A DNA stretch of 64,000 bases from an uncultured virus (IMG/VR IMGVR_UViG_3300022900_000008) (Duplodnaviria; Heunggongvirae; Uroviricota; Caudoviricetes). Below, piece after piece: positions 39,638 through 48,916 of this stretch. Every line of letters starts with the position of its first letter. The first letter of the stretch is position 1. The stretch is from the IMG/VR virus record IMGVR_UViG_3300022900_000008; one strand, 5' to 3'. The notes beneath the pieces were generated by a model. It saw nothing but the letters and a program-made list of their open reading frames with translations. It searched no databases and had not been told where the DNA came from. Position numbers and translations under genes: made by a program.

Positions 39638-41009
39638 CTATATAATCGAACACGCAAACAAGATGGCTGATATCGATGAGATCGTTGTTGTTGACGGTCA
39701 GTTTAATGATATTCGTGAGTACTGCTCTCGTCGTCATCCAAAAGTTAAAGTGGTGAATCAACCCTCTTTGGATGGACCTCGTGATGCCATATCCATCGGT
39801 ATGAATGCACTTAAGGATCCTAATAAACCCGTTGTTGTTTGGTTAGGCGATGCAATCATTCTTGATGAATCCATGAATCTTGGCGAGGACTTCTTACTAT
39901 GTAAAGAGGTAAAGAACCATTCTGACTGGTGTATGTGGGACGGTAGTACGTTCTATAATAAACCTACGCAGAACGTCACTGACGGTGTGGCACTGGTTGG
40001 CCTATATTCGTTTAAGAATGGTTCACATGCTCAGATGGCCTTTTCGTCAACTGATGAATATGATATCTCTCATGCCTTGACCTTGTACGGTAAGTTTGAC
40101 AAAGTACTTACAGATAAGTGGTACGACATTGGTGATCTACCAACGTATTACCAAACGTGTGCATCTCTTCTTGATATGAAATCGCGTGAGTTCAATCGTA
40201 TGATATACGACCACGATCTAGGTACACTGACAAAGACTCCTGACTATCATAACAAAGAATCAGTACTTACGTTAACGTGTGAGCGGTTATGGTACAATGG
40301 ATTATCCTTTGAGCAAAAGTGTTTCGTACCACGAGTGTTTAACGATGGTCAGAATATCGTTATGTCATTTGAGTCAGGTACGTTGCTTTCTGATTTAATG
40401 TTGTACGAGAATCTTAGTGAATCCGCATGGGAATATATCGTTGATAAGTTGTTTCGTATTAAGCTAAACTATTTTAGCACACGCTGTTCGGATCGAAACT
40501 TCACTGATAAGTTTGCTGAGCAAGCAGACAAAATCTGGTTGGATAAGACCAATAAAAGACTTAAGAACACTGACCTGCCACCTAAACTTCAGAGCAAGAT
40601 TAGTTCAATGGCATGGCGTGTCTGCAGGAATACATATCCTATTGAGTGTATGCACGGAGATCTTCATTTCGGCAATGTACTATACAATCAGCAAACGGAT
40701 CAAATGAAACTAATTGATCCTCGTGGCCGTTATGGTAACGAAATTGGTACTGAAGGTGATAATCTATACGACTGGGCTAAACTTGCTCACGATCTATATC
40801 ATGGGTACAACGCAATGGTCGCTGATGTAAAACATAACGAGTTAGTAAAGCGAATCTTCGTTCAGAAACTCCATGAATACAATCTTCCTGTTGATGATAT
40901 CATTAATGGTGGTTTGGTACTACTAGCAACGTGCATCCCACTTCATTATGATGACAGTGAGAGACAACAAAGGTTTCTTAACTACGTAAAGGAATATAAT
41001 TATGACTGA
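39531..41009 (+). CDS. Sugar nucleotidyltransferase fused to an APH/choline-kinase-like domain
   Basis: VIPAAGAATRLRPL..SKVMVRVNGKP, WLGD, WYDIG; C-terminal HGDLHFGN and LIDPRG; AGGAG RBS before ATG 39531. Confidence 0.85.
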   Translation: MVNLVIPAAGAATRLRPLSTNTSKVMVRVNGKPCLDYIIEHANKMADIDEIVVVDGQFNDIREYCSRRHPKVKVVNQPSLDGPRDAISIGMNALKDPNKPVVVWLGDAIILDESMNLGEDFLLCKEVKNHSDWCMWDGSTFYNKPTQNVTDGVALVGLYSFKNGSHAQMAFSSTDEYDISHALTLYGKFDKVLTDKWYDIGDLPTYYQTCASLLDMKSREFNRMIYDHDLGTLTKTPDYHNKESVLTLTCERLWYNGLSFEQKCFVPRVFNDGQNIVMSFESGTLLSDLMLYENLSESAWEYIVDKLFRIKLNYFSTRCSDRNFTDKFAEQADKIWLDKTNKRLKNTDLPPKLQSKISSMAWRVCRNTYPIECMHGDLHFGNVLYNQQTDQMKLIDPRGRYGNEIGTEGDNLYDWAKLAHDLYHGYNAMVADVKHNELVKRIFVQKLHEYNLPVDDIINGGLVLLATCIPLHYDDSERQQRFLNYVKEYNYD

Positions 41010-41373
41010 TACAATTGTTTTTGATCTTGATGATACGATCTGCTATCCTAACTTAGACCAACCTGACACAAAGCAGCGGTATGGTAATGCACAGCCAAAC
41101 GGTCGTGTGATATCCATCATGCAAAGGTTAAAGGCAAAGGGATACCACATCATCATCCACAGCGCACGAAGAATGGTCACACATAATGGTGATATAGATA
41201 AAATTGAGAACGATGTTGGTCAAGTAACTAAGGATTGGCTAAAGTTCTACGGTGTACCATACGATGATCTAATCTTTGGTAAACCATACGCCTCAACGTA
41301 CTATGTTGACGATAAGGCAATGAACCTAAAGCAACTATATGAATGGGTAAGCGATGAAGATAGCAATAGGTAA
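41002..41373 (+). CDS. HAD phosphatase (EcbF/BcbF capsule-biosynthesis type)
   Basis: FDLDDTIC, HSARRM, FGKP, YYVDDKA. Confidence 0.88.
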   Translation: MTDTIVFDLDDTICYPNLDQPDTKQRYGNAQPNGRVISIMQRLKAKGYHIIIHSARRMVTHNGDIDKIENDVGQVTKDWLKFYGVPYDDLIFGKPYASTYYVDDKAMNLKQLYEWVSDEDSNR

Positions 41374-42610
41374 GGTCGGAAAGTCAATTCTATTCGACTC
41401 AAACAAATGGGGTGCAATCGGCGGAGACAATGAGGCACCTATCTTTTACGAAAATCTGTTTCACAACAACCCTGACGTAGATTTCTATCTCGTTGGGGTA
41501 TCTGACTTTACACGGTTGGATCGTAAGGAACAGGAACGTATCAATAAGCACGGTAATGTTCACGATGTTTGGGAACACTTTAATCATTGGCGTAAGACAT
41601 ACGATGGCGACGAGCGTGGCGAGCGTATCTTTTATATGCAGGATTGGATGAAGAATCTATCACCTAAGTTTGATGCAGGCCTTTTCTTTATGGGTCCAAC
41701 CGCAACATCAAACGTATGGGGTAAGGCACGTAAGGTAACCGAACCTGATAAACTCGCTTCACCACTTATGATGCAATGTAAGTATGCAGGTCCTGTGGTT
41801 GACTTTATCAATGAAACCGGAATGCCATACGCAATCATCCTAAACGATCCACGATTCTTCCCAGCTCAAATGCGGGATCTTTTCCATAGACCACAGGTTA
41901 TCTTGAGTCAGTATACCGAAGAGATCAACCACCGTGCCTGGAAGGCCTATACTGATATGGAGATGACTCATGTTAAAATACCTGCCGAATATAAAGCAAT
42001 GGAAACAATCTTCCTCATTGGTAAGGAAAGAGGTAAAGCCATCGTTGATACTCCATCTACTCTGGATTCATTCTTCACTGATGCGGTAGAACGTAAGCCG
42101 GGTGAGAAGGACATTAACTTTATGATCGTATGTAACGAGGGTAGACCATCACGGTACAATGATCTCAAGAAATACATCCTCGATAACGTAGAGGAAGTGG
42201 ACATCTATGGTAAGTGGGACGAGCGAACGATTGGCGAGGATCCGCGATTCAAAGGTCCAAAGAAGTTTAATGATCTGCAGGAAATGCTTCCACGAGTTAA
42301 GTATACGTTCTGCATTCCAATCAAGAAGGGTTGGGTAACCGCTAAGTTCTGGGAGATGGCCCACTATGGTATTATCCCTTTCTTACATCCAACATACGAC
42401 GAACAAGACAACCTTAAGTGTCCAGAGTTTTTAAGAGTAACGGATTCTGCTGACTTGTTCAAAAAAATTCAGTTCCTTGAGGACAATCCTGAAGCATACG
42501 AAACACTAAAGGGCAATATCGAAAGCATGCTTAAGGATGAATACTACGATGGGTCGTATCTCAACGATCTTGCCATGAACACGCTGAAGGAGATTACAGC
42601 ACATGAATGA
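41354..42610 (+). CDS. GT-B DNA glycosyltransferase, distant T4 beta-glucosyltransferase-like
   Basis: MKIAI start; NDPRF, ILSQ, PRFKGP and VTAKFWE correspond to recalled BGT TDIRL, VISQ, PVFTGK and ITLRVWE; context with gp42. Confidence 0.72.
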   Translation: MKIAIGKVGKSILFDSNKWGAIGGDNEAPIFYENLFHNNPDVDFYLVGVSDFTRLDRKEQERINKHGNVHDVWEHFNHWRKTYDGDERGERIFYMQDWMKNLSPKFDAGLFFMGPTATSNVWGKARKVTEPDKLASPLMMQCKYAGPVVDFINETGMPYAIILNDPRFFPAQMRDLFHRPQVILSQYTEEINHRAWKAYTDMEMTHVKIPAEYKAMETIFLIGKERGKAIVDTPSTLDSFFTDAVERKPGEKDINFMIVCNEGRPSRYNDLKKYILDNVEEVDIYGKWDERTIGEDPRFKGPKKFNDLQEMLPRVKYTFCIPIKKGWVTAKFWEMAHYGIIPFLHPTYDEQDNLKCPEFLRVTDSADLFKKIQFLEDNPEAYETLKGNIESMLKDEYYDGSYLNDLAMNTLKEITAHE

Positions 42611-43835
42611 TATTACTTATGGTTCGATCGTTCCACTTATTGGTGGCGAGAACTTTGGAATTATGAAATCACTTGAGGGTCAATTACCAGAGTGGGTACT
42701 TTCGTACACTGACTTTGCTAAGAACGATGCTCATTTTATTAACCATCTTAAAGAGAAGGATTGGAAAGGTGAATATGTTTTCCTTAATGAAGAGGGCAAC
42801 GAAGGATACAAGGCTAAAACCGTTGATGTGGTTAATACTGTTTGCCCTTGTGCTGGACTTAGTTCTCTCTCCGTTTCATCATCTGCAGATTCTGCAGTAA
42901 ACGAATGGATGTATACGACTTCGGAATATGTTCTTAGTGAGATTAAGCCTAAGGTATTCTGGGGTGAGAACGCACCTCGTCTTTATACGAAGGCTGGTGA
43001 AAAGGTTGCCAATCGCCTGTATGAAATTGGTAAGCAGCATGGTTACTCGCTTAACTTGTATTACACAGAGTCCAGACTACACGGTTTGGCCCAAAAGCGA
43101 CCACGTACGTTTTACTTCTTTACGAAGGGTACTGACAGCGCACCGTTGTTTAGGTATATCCGCCGTCCTCTTGAAAACATCGAGGATATTCTTAAAGCGG
43201 ATATTAGTCCTGACGATCCTATGAACCGTTTGATTAACTCAGACAATCCGATGGATAATCCTTGGGTTGCTTACTGCGTTCACAAGTCAGGATCAAAGAC
43301 ACTTGCTGAATATTACGAAAAGATTGAGAAGACGACCAACTGTATCGTATCATCCGATAACATTTCAGATAACCTAAACGAGGTTGCTGATTGGATGGAA
43401 CAACAGGGGTTTGACCAAAAGTTCGCTGACCGCGCTCGAGCAATGCAAGAGAAGGTCGACGGAGGTAAGGGTTATTGGGCACACGGTGTCACAATGCCAA
43501 AGGGGGAAATCCCATCATTGATTGGCGCAATGCCACACTCACTGATTAATCCATTCAAGGAGCAGTTCTTGACTCTACGTGATGCGCTTCGTATCATGAA
43601 GATGCCGGATGATTTCAATATGATTGGCGATAATCCTCAATCGCCAGGAAACGCAAATGCTATCTGTCAGAACGTCCCAGTGACTACTGCGGCTGATATG
43701 ATGGACTTTGTAGTTGAGTACTTAAAAGGTATGACTGATACGGTATCAAGTGATTATGTTAGACAGAACAATTCTAGCATGAAGCATGAGATCGTTAATG
43801 AAGATCTTGTAGAGCTTGACCAATTTTTTGTATAA
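42603..43835 (+). CDS. C5-cytosine methyltransferase-like protein with atypical motif I
   Basis: CPCAGLS (motif IV), WGENAP (VI), QKRPRTF (VIII), motif X-like QNVP; motif I reads VPLIGG. Confidence 0.75.
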   Translation: MNDITYGSIVPLIGGENFGIMKSLEGQLPEWVLSYTDFAKNDAHFINHLKEKDWKGEYVFLNEEGNEGYKAKTVDVVNTVCPCAGLSSLSVSSSADSAVNEWMYTTSEYVLSEIKPKVFWGENAPRLYTKAGEKVANRLYEIGKQHGYSLNLYYTESRLHGLAQKRPRTFYFFTKGTDSAPLFRYIRRPLENIEDILKADISPDDPMNRLINSDNPMDNPWVAYCVHKSGSKTLAEYYEKIEKTTNCIVSSDNISDNLNEVADWMEQQGFDQKFADRARAMQEKVDGGKGYWAHGVTMPKGEIPSLIGAMPHSLINPFKEQFLTLRDALRIMKMPDDFNMIGDNPQSPGNANAICQNVPVTTAADMMDFVVEYLKGMTDTVSSDYVRQNNSSMKHEIVNEDLVELDQFFV

Positions 43836-43840
43836 AATGG

Positions 43841-43869
43841 TTTACATACTTATCATTTTGTGGTATAAT
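43841..43869 (+). promoter_or_regulatory. Early-type promoter for uvsX
   Basis: GG-TTTACA-N17-TATAAT. Confidence 0.8.
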
Positions 43870-43919
43870 GGTAACTATAATATACAATGATTCGCTAATG
43901 AAACACAATAGGAGACTAT

Positions 43920-44981
43920 ATGTCTATAATGGATAAACTTAAAAAGAACTCAAAGATCAAGGAGACCTCGGTTCTCTCTGACTCAAAGTTCTTTTCTGAA
44001 AAAGATCAAACACCAACCGAGGTTCCGATGGTGAACGTTGCCCTGTCAGGTAATCCTGATGGTGGCCTTGCATCTGGTCTGACTGTCCTCGCTGGTCCAT
44101 CAAAACATTTTAAGACTTCGTTCGCATTGCTTATGGCTGCAGCGTATCTTAAAAAGTATCCTGATGCAGTAATGCTGTTTTATGATTCTGAGTTTGGCTC
44201 ACCGCAGGCATACTTTGAAACATTCGGTATTGATACGTCACGGGTACTACACACGCCAATCACTGATGTTGAGAAACTGAAGTTTGATGTGGTTGGTCAA
44301 CTTGAACAACTATCACGAGGCGATCGTGTGATCGTCGTTATTGATTCGGTTGGTAACCTTGCATCTAAGAAAGAACTAGAGGATGCAATCAACGAAAAGT
44401 CAGTCGCTGATATGTCTCGAGCAAAAGCACTAAAAGGTTTGTTCCGTATGGTTACACCATACCTTGCTATGAAGAACATTCCAATGCTTGCGGTCAACCA
44501 TACTTATCAAGAGATTGGTTTATTTCCTAAGGCTATCGTTTCAGGTGGTACGGGTATTTACTATTCAGCTGATAACATTTGGATTCTTGGCCGTCGTCAG
44601 AACAAGACAGGTACCGAGGTAACAGGATATGACTTTGTGATTAACGTGGAGAAATCACGATATGTTAAAGAAAAGTCAAAGATTCCTATTTCGGTTTCTT
44701 GGGACGGTGGCATCGAGCGGTATAGCGGTCTTATGGATGTTGCTGTTGCTGGCGGTTATGTTGTTAAGCCTTCTAATGGTTGGTATGCACATGTTGATCG
44801 ATCTAATGGAACGTTTGAAGGAAAAAAATACCGAATGGCTGAATCCATGACTGCAGACTTTTGGGATCCTATCTTTGAGAAAACTGACTTCAAAGAATTC
44901 CTAATTAAGTCTTATACGATTGGCCACAAATCAATGTTTGATAGTATTGCACTGGAGATGGACGATGCAGCATCTGATTGA
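43920..44981 (+). CDS. uvsX: RecA-like recombinase UvsX
   Basis: AGPSKHFKT, FYDSEFG, IDSVGNLASKKE, SGGTGIYYSAD. Confidence 0.97.
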   Translation: MSIMDKLKKNSKIKETSVLSDSKFFSEKDQTPTEVPMVNVALSGNPDGGLASGLTVLAGPSKHFKTSFALLMAAAYLKKYPDAVMLFYDSEFGSPQAYFETFGIDTSRVLHTPITDVEKLKFDVVGQLEQLSRGDRVIVVIDSVGNLASKKELEDAINEKSVADMSRAKALKGLFRMVTPYLAMKNIPMLAVNHTYQEIGLFPKAIVSGGTGIYYSADNIWILGRRQNKTGTEVTGYDFVINVEKSRYVKEKSKIPISVSWDGGIERYSGLMDVAVAGGYVVKPSNGWYAHVDRSNGTFEGKKYRMAESMTADFWDPIFEKTDFKEFLIKSYTIGHKSMFDSIALEMDDAASD

Positions 44982-45327
44982 TGAAATCTCAAAACTTCAT
45001 TATAAGTATATCACAAATGAAGATGATCCCGACGCAACAGTTTGCGTCGGTTTAACTCAGCCTCCATACGAGGGTGTTGTTATTCAGTACGGCAATATGG
45101 ATATAGTTGAAGATGAAGAAAGTGATGAGGCTCGACTTAGTTTTACGTATAAAGTAGTCGAGACTCCAATTGACGAAAGTCTATTTGATGATGCATTCAA
45201 CGATTACCTAGGAGCGATCCTACATCATATCGTTGAGGATGCCGTAACTAGAGCTAACGAAACCGGAGAGCAGATAATTGGAACAAAAGATTCAAACGAC
45301 GATACTACGGAATCTGATCAACAATGA
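44965..45327 (+). CDS. Hypothetical protein (gp40 position)
   Basis: Acidic protein between uvsX and gp41; YEGVVIQYG...LSFTY. Confidence 0.6.
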   Translation: MQHLIDEISKLHYKYITNEDDPDATVCVGLTQPPYEGVVIQYGNMDIVEDEESDEARLSFTYKVVETPIDESLFDDAFNDYLGAILHHIVEDAVTRANETGEQIIGTKDSNDDTTESDQQ

Positions 45328-46669
45328 CGACTTCACTCGTAAGGTAATTCCGTTCATTCGGAAGGACTACTTCGAGTCGGATCATCGTCTAATATTTGAT
45401 CAGGTTATTTCTTTCGTTGACAAGTACAACAAGTTACCAACACCGGAAGCTTTAGAGATTGAGCTTTCGTCATTGGACGTTAATGATGCATTACTTGTTG
45501 ATGCGTCAACCGTACTTAATGGTATCCGCGCAACTAAAGACAATGAAGTGGATACTGAATGGCTTGTTGACGAGACCGAAAGGTGGTGTCAGGATCGCGC
45601 AATACATCTTGCGATCATGGAATCTATAAATATAATTGAAGGCAAGCATAATTCATTAAAGAAGGACGCATTACCAAAACTCTTATCAGATGCGCTTGGT
45701 GTAACATTTGACTCAAGCGTAGGTCACGATTACATCAACGATGCAGAAAAGCGATTTGATTTCTACCACACGGTTGAGGATCGTATCCCGTTTGATCTAG
45801 AGTACTTTAACTCCATCACCAAAGGTGGATTACCCCGCAAAACATTAAACATCGCACTCGCTGGCACAGGCGTAGGTAAATCCCTATTCATGTGTCATGT
45901 TGCAGCTAACGCCTTAACACAAGGAAGAAACGTACTTTACATTACAATGGAAATGGCTGAGGAACGTATCGCAGAACGTATCGATGCTAACTTGATGAAC
46001 TTGCCTATCGACCAATTAGAAACTTTGCCTAAGGAAATGTTTGACAACAAGATCACGAAGATCGCACAGAAGAACATCGGCAAACTAATCATAAAGGAGT
46101 ATCCTACTGGTGCTGCTCACACGGGACACTTTAGAGCCCTACTGAATGAACTGAAGCTGAAGAAAAACTTCATGCCTGATATGATCTTTATTGATTATTT
46201 GAATATTTGTAGTAGTAGTCGGATGAAAGGCCTTGGCGGATCAATCAATACCTACTCACTCATTAAGTCAATCGCAGAAGAAATCAGAGGACTCGCAGTC
46301 GAGTTCAATGTACCAATTATCTCAGCGACTCAGACAACTAGAAGCGGATTTGGAAACAGCGACGTTGGGCTGGAAGACACGTCTGAATCATTTGGACTAC
46401 CTGCTACAGCTGACTTCATGTTTGCGCTCGTCTCAACCGAAGAACTCGAAAAGCTTGGACAGATAATGGTCAAGCAGTTAAAGAATCGCTACAACGATCC
46501 TACTGCAAACAAACGATTTGTTATTGGGGTCGATAGATCTCGTATGAAATTATATGATGTAGAAGAAGACGCTCAAACACTCATGGACGATGGCCCTGCC
46601 TTTGATAAGTCAACGAGTGGTGAGAGGGTCAACAGTGAGAAGAGAAACTTTAATGATTTTAAGGTATAA
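45278..46669 (+). CDS. gp41: Replicative helicase gp41
   Basis: AGTGVGKS, ITMEMAEE, FIDYLNI, SATQTTR, SESFGLPATAD, KQLKNRY. Confidence 0.97.
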   Translation: MEQKIQTTILRNLINNDDFTRKVIPFIRKDYFESDHRLIFDQVISFVDKYNKLPTPEALEIELSSLDVNDALLVDASTVLNGIRATKDNEVDTEWLVDETERWCQDRAIHLAIMESINIIEGKHNSLKKDALPKLLSDALGVTFDSSVGHDYINDAEKRFDFYHTVEDRIPFDLEYFNSITKGGLPRKTLNIALAGTGVGKSLFMCHVAANALTQGRNVLYITMEMAEERIAERIDANLMNLPIDQLETLPKEMFDNKITKIAQKNIGKLIIKEYPTGAAHTGHFRALLNELKLKKNFMPDMIFIDYLNICSSSRMKGLGGSINTYSLIKSIAEEIRGLAVEFNVPIISATQTTRSGFGNSDVGLEDTSESFGLPATADFMFALVSTEELEKLGQIMVKQLKNRYNDPTANKRFVIGVDRSRMKLYDVEEDAQTLMDDGPAFDKSTSGERVNSEKRNFNDFKV

Positions 46670-47174
46670 CGATAGCTATCCTATAATGGAAGGCGCAGGT
46701 CAGCGGGCAATCGCTGATATGATTGAAAACATTTTCGTTGAGGATATCGTAGATCAGGGTGGGGTTAAACCACAGTCAGTCAGAACCATTGAGGATGTAT
46801 CACTTGATGGTGTCCTTATAGATATTAAAACGAAGGACGTTGATCGTAGTTTCTCTATGCCTAATCTTATTTCGATTGATAGGCTACGAAAAAATTTTGA
46901 TAGAACCATACGATACGTGTTTATTGATTACAGCGTTAATGATAACGAAGTAAGCATCGTTGGTGTTACCACCAAGGACATACATGAGATTCCTTGGGAT
47001 TGTCTAGCGATCCAAAACCTTGGATTAGGACAATTGCAGTTAGCAAAAGATATTGGCTCTGCGGTATATAACGGAACGAAAGAAGAATGGTTTGATCAGC
47101 TTAAGGCTGAATCATACTCGTTTTATGAAAAGCAAATCGCTAAGTTTGAAAAAAAGAAGAAGGAATTATTATGA
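46653..47174 (+). CDS. Restriction endonuclease-like protein
   Basis: EDV...IDIKTK PD-(D/E)xK-like core plus MPNLIS segment. Confidence 0.5.
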   Translation: MILRYNDSYPIMEGAGQRAIADMIENIFVEDIVDQGGVKPQSVRTIEDVSLDGVLIDIKTKDVDRSFSMPNLISIDRLRKNFDRTIRYVFIDYSVNDNEVSIVGVTTKDIHEIPWDCLAIQNLGLGQLQLAKDIGSAVYNGTKEEWFDQLKAESYSFYEKQIAKFEKKKKELL

Positions 47175-47210
47175 GCGAACAGGCACCTGGCATATTTGGA
47201 GAGTGGGACA

Positions 47211-47549
47211 GTGGATTATAATCCAGACAGTTGGGTAGTATTAAAGATTAAAGAAGGTAAAGGTACATTCCCTTTTTACAAAGTTCTAGCAGGTTGGAGC
47301 GGTGGTTATCTTGATGGTGACTCTTGGCGTATGAACAGCGGTATCACGGGTGTAGAGAAACAGTCATATCTGTATGGATTCTACGGTAGTTCTGGTTCTG
47401 TGTATTGGTGTCATAAAGGAGGTTATCGCTTGACAATGTCGCTCGCTGGAGTGTATAATCAACTCAAAGAGAACGAAGCCTTTGAAGGTCAGATTACGCT
47501 GATGCCTGAAGATACTAATTGGATGGAGATTGAGTGGTGGGAAGAATGA
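47211..47549 (+). CDS. Conserved phage hypothetical protein
   Basis: PDSWVVLKI, YKVLAGWSGGYLDGDSWRMNSGI, GSSGSVY. Confidence 0.7.
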   Translation: MDYNPDSWVVLKIKEGKGTFPFYKVLAGWSGGYLDGDSWRMNSGITGVEKQSYLYGFYGSSGSVYWCHKGGYRLTMSLAGVYNQLKENEAFEGQITLMPEDTNWMEIEWWEE

Positions 47550-47555
47550 ATTATT

Positions 47556-47717
47556 ATGAGTGAACAGCAAAACTATTGTACGACGAAAGGCCTGCTTCCT
47601 GCATTCCTTATCATCGTATTCGTAATCGTGGGGATCCCACTATTGATGGTGGATAACGCTCGGTACTGTAAGCAATCGATTATTGTACCTTGTTATCCGT
47701 GGACGGTGCCAGAATAA
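47556..47717 (+). CDS. Small membrane protein (53 aa, not in the ORF track)
   Basis: MSEQQNYCTTKGLLPAFLIIVFVIVGIPLLM...; one transmembrane segment. Confidence 0.5.
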   Translation: MSEQQNYCTTKGLLPAFLIIVFVIVGIPLLMVDNARYCKQSIIVPCYPWTVPE

Positions 47718-47803
47718 TGGCCGAAGCAATGACAGCAGCAATGATTCTTGCTATTATCATCTTAGGCGCCGTATGGATCGTAGTATCGGAGATGAATAAA
47801 TGA
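47717..47803 (+). CDS. Small membrane peptide (28 aa)
   Basis: MAEAMTAAMILAIIILGAVWIVVSEMNK; stop/start coupled on both sides. Confidence 0.45.
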   Translation: MAEAMTAAMILAIIILGAVWIVVSEMNK

Positions 47804-47970
47804 ATGCGGAAACTAAAACGTGGCAATGCAAAATAATCACAGACTCTAGCGGTGAAGCAATGGTAGAGTTTAGCGATGAAATAATGGAACACCTTGAGCT
47901 CAAGGACGGTGATACAATTGAGTGGATTGATAATAAGGACGGAACATGGTCGATACAAAAGAAGAAGTAA
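47800..47970 (+). CDS. AbrB/MazE/SpoVT-like small DNA-binding protein
   Basis: VEFSDEIMEHLELKDGDTIEWIDNKDGTWSI. Confidence 0.6.
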   Translation: MNAETKTWQCKIITDSSGEAMVEFSDEIMEHLELKDGDTIEWIDNKDGTWSIQKKK

Positions 47971-48227
47971 GGTACACGTTTAAGAATCGCTACGGTGACA
48001 CTATGTCTATCGTAGAAATAGATAAATCAACCCTTTTATGGAGAGGATCCCATAACCACGAAAGGATCTCGTGTAACGAGGCTGGGACGATCACAATGGT
48101 CGACCCGTCAGGAGGGCCATATATTTGTGAAGGGCAAGACATCGGTTTGGACTATCCCCCTTGGAAAGGCCGAATCGTTGACCACTTTCAGCATCATGAA
48201 GAAGGATACTTAATTTTATGCAGGTAA
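47946..48227 (+). CDS. Hypothetical protein
   Basis: KNRYGD and VDPSGGPYI motifs. Confidence 0.6.
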   Translation: MVDTKEEVRYTFKNRYGDTMSIVEIDKSTLLWRGSHNHERISCNEAGTITMVDPSGGPYICEGQDIGLDYPPWKGRIVDHFQHHEEGYLILCR

Positions 48228-48916
48228 GACTAATCGGTTATACTCAACCCGTAGCGGATGCGATCATTGGAATAGATGATGTTCAGGATTTGATCGCGTA
48301 CTGCGCCAGAGTCTCTAACCCAGATAATCAGCTGAATCAGAAAACAGCGAAAAAGCTGTTGAACTATTTGGCCAAACATAAGCATTGGTCTCCCTTTGAG
48401 ATGGCGTCAGCAACGATGGAGATCGAAACGACTCGTGACATCGCACGTCAGATCTTGCGACACCGTTCCTTTTCGTTTCAAGAGTTTAGTCAGCGATACG
48501 CGGATCCTACCCAGGATCTTAGTTTTGTAAAACGAGAAGCAAGATTACAGGATCCTAAGAACCGACAGAACTCGGTAGACATCGAAAGCGATCCTTCCCT
48601 TGTGGATAACGTAAAGAATCAGGAACTGATCGCGGAGTGGGGTCGCCGACAAAGCGGTATCATTGAACTGGCAAAGAAACACTATCGTTGGGCTGTAGAG
48701 AATAACATCGCAAAGGAACAGGCTCGTGCGGTACTACCTGAAGGCCTAACAGTTTCTAGGATGTATATGAATGGAACCATACGGTCTTGGATCCACTTCA
48801 TTGAACTGCGATCAGGAAACGGAACACAAAAGGAGCACATGGAGGTCGCTAAGGCTTGCGCAAAAGCAATCGTAGAAATCTTCCCATTGGCCAATGAATA
48901 CATTTCTTCTAAATAA
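48218..48916 (+). CDS. thyX: Flavin-dependent thymidylate synthase ThyX
   Basis: HWSPFE, RQILRHRSFSFQEFSQRY, AKEQARAVLP, TQKEH. Confidence 0.97.
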   Translation: MQVRLIGYTQPVADAIIGIDDVQDLIAYCARVSNPDNQLNQKTAKKLLNYLAKHKHWSPFEMASATMEIETTRDIARQILRHRSFSFQEFSQRYADPTQDLSFVKREARLQDPKNRQNSVDIESDPSLVDNVKNQELIAEWGRRQSGIIELAKKHYRWAVENNIAKEQARAVLPEGLTVSRMYMNGTIRSWIHFIELRSGNGTQKEHMEVAKACAKAIVEIFPLANEYISSK

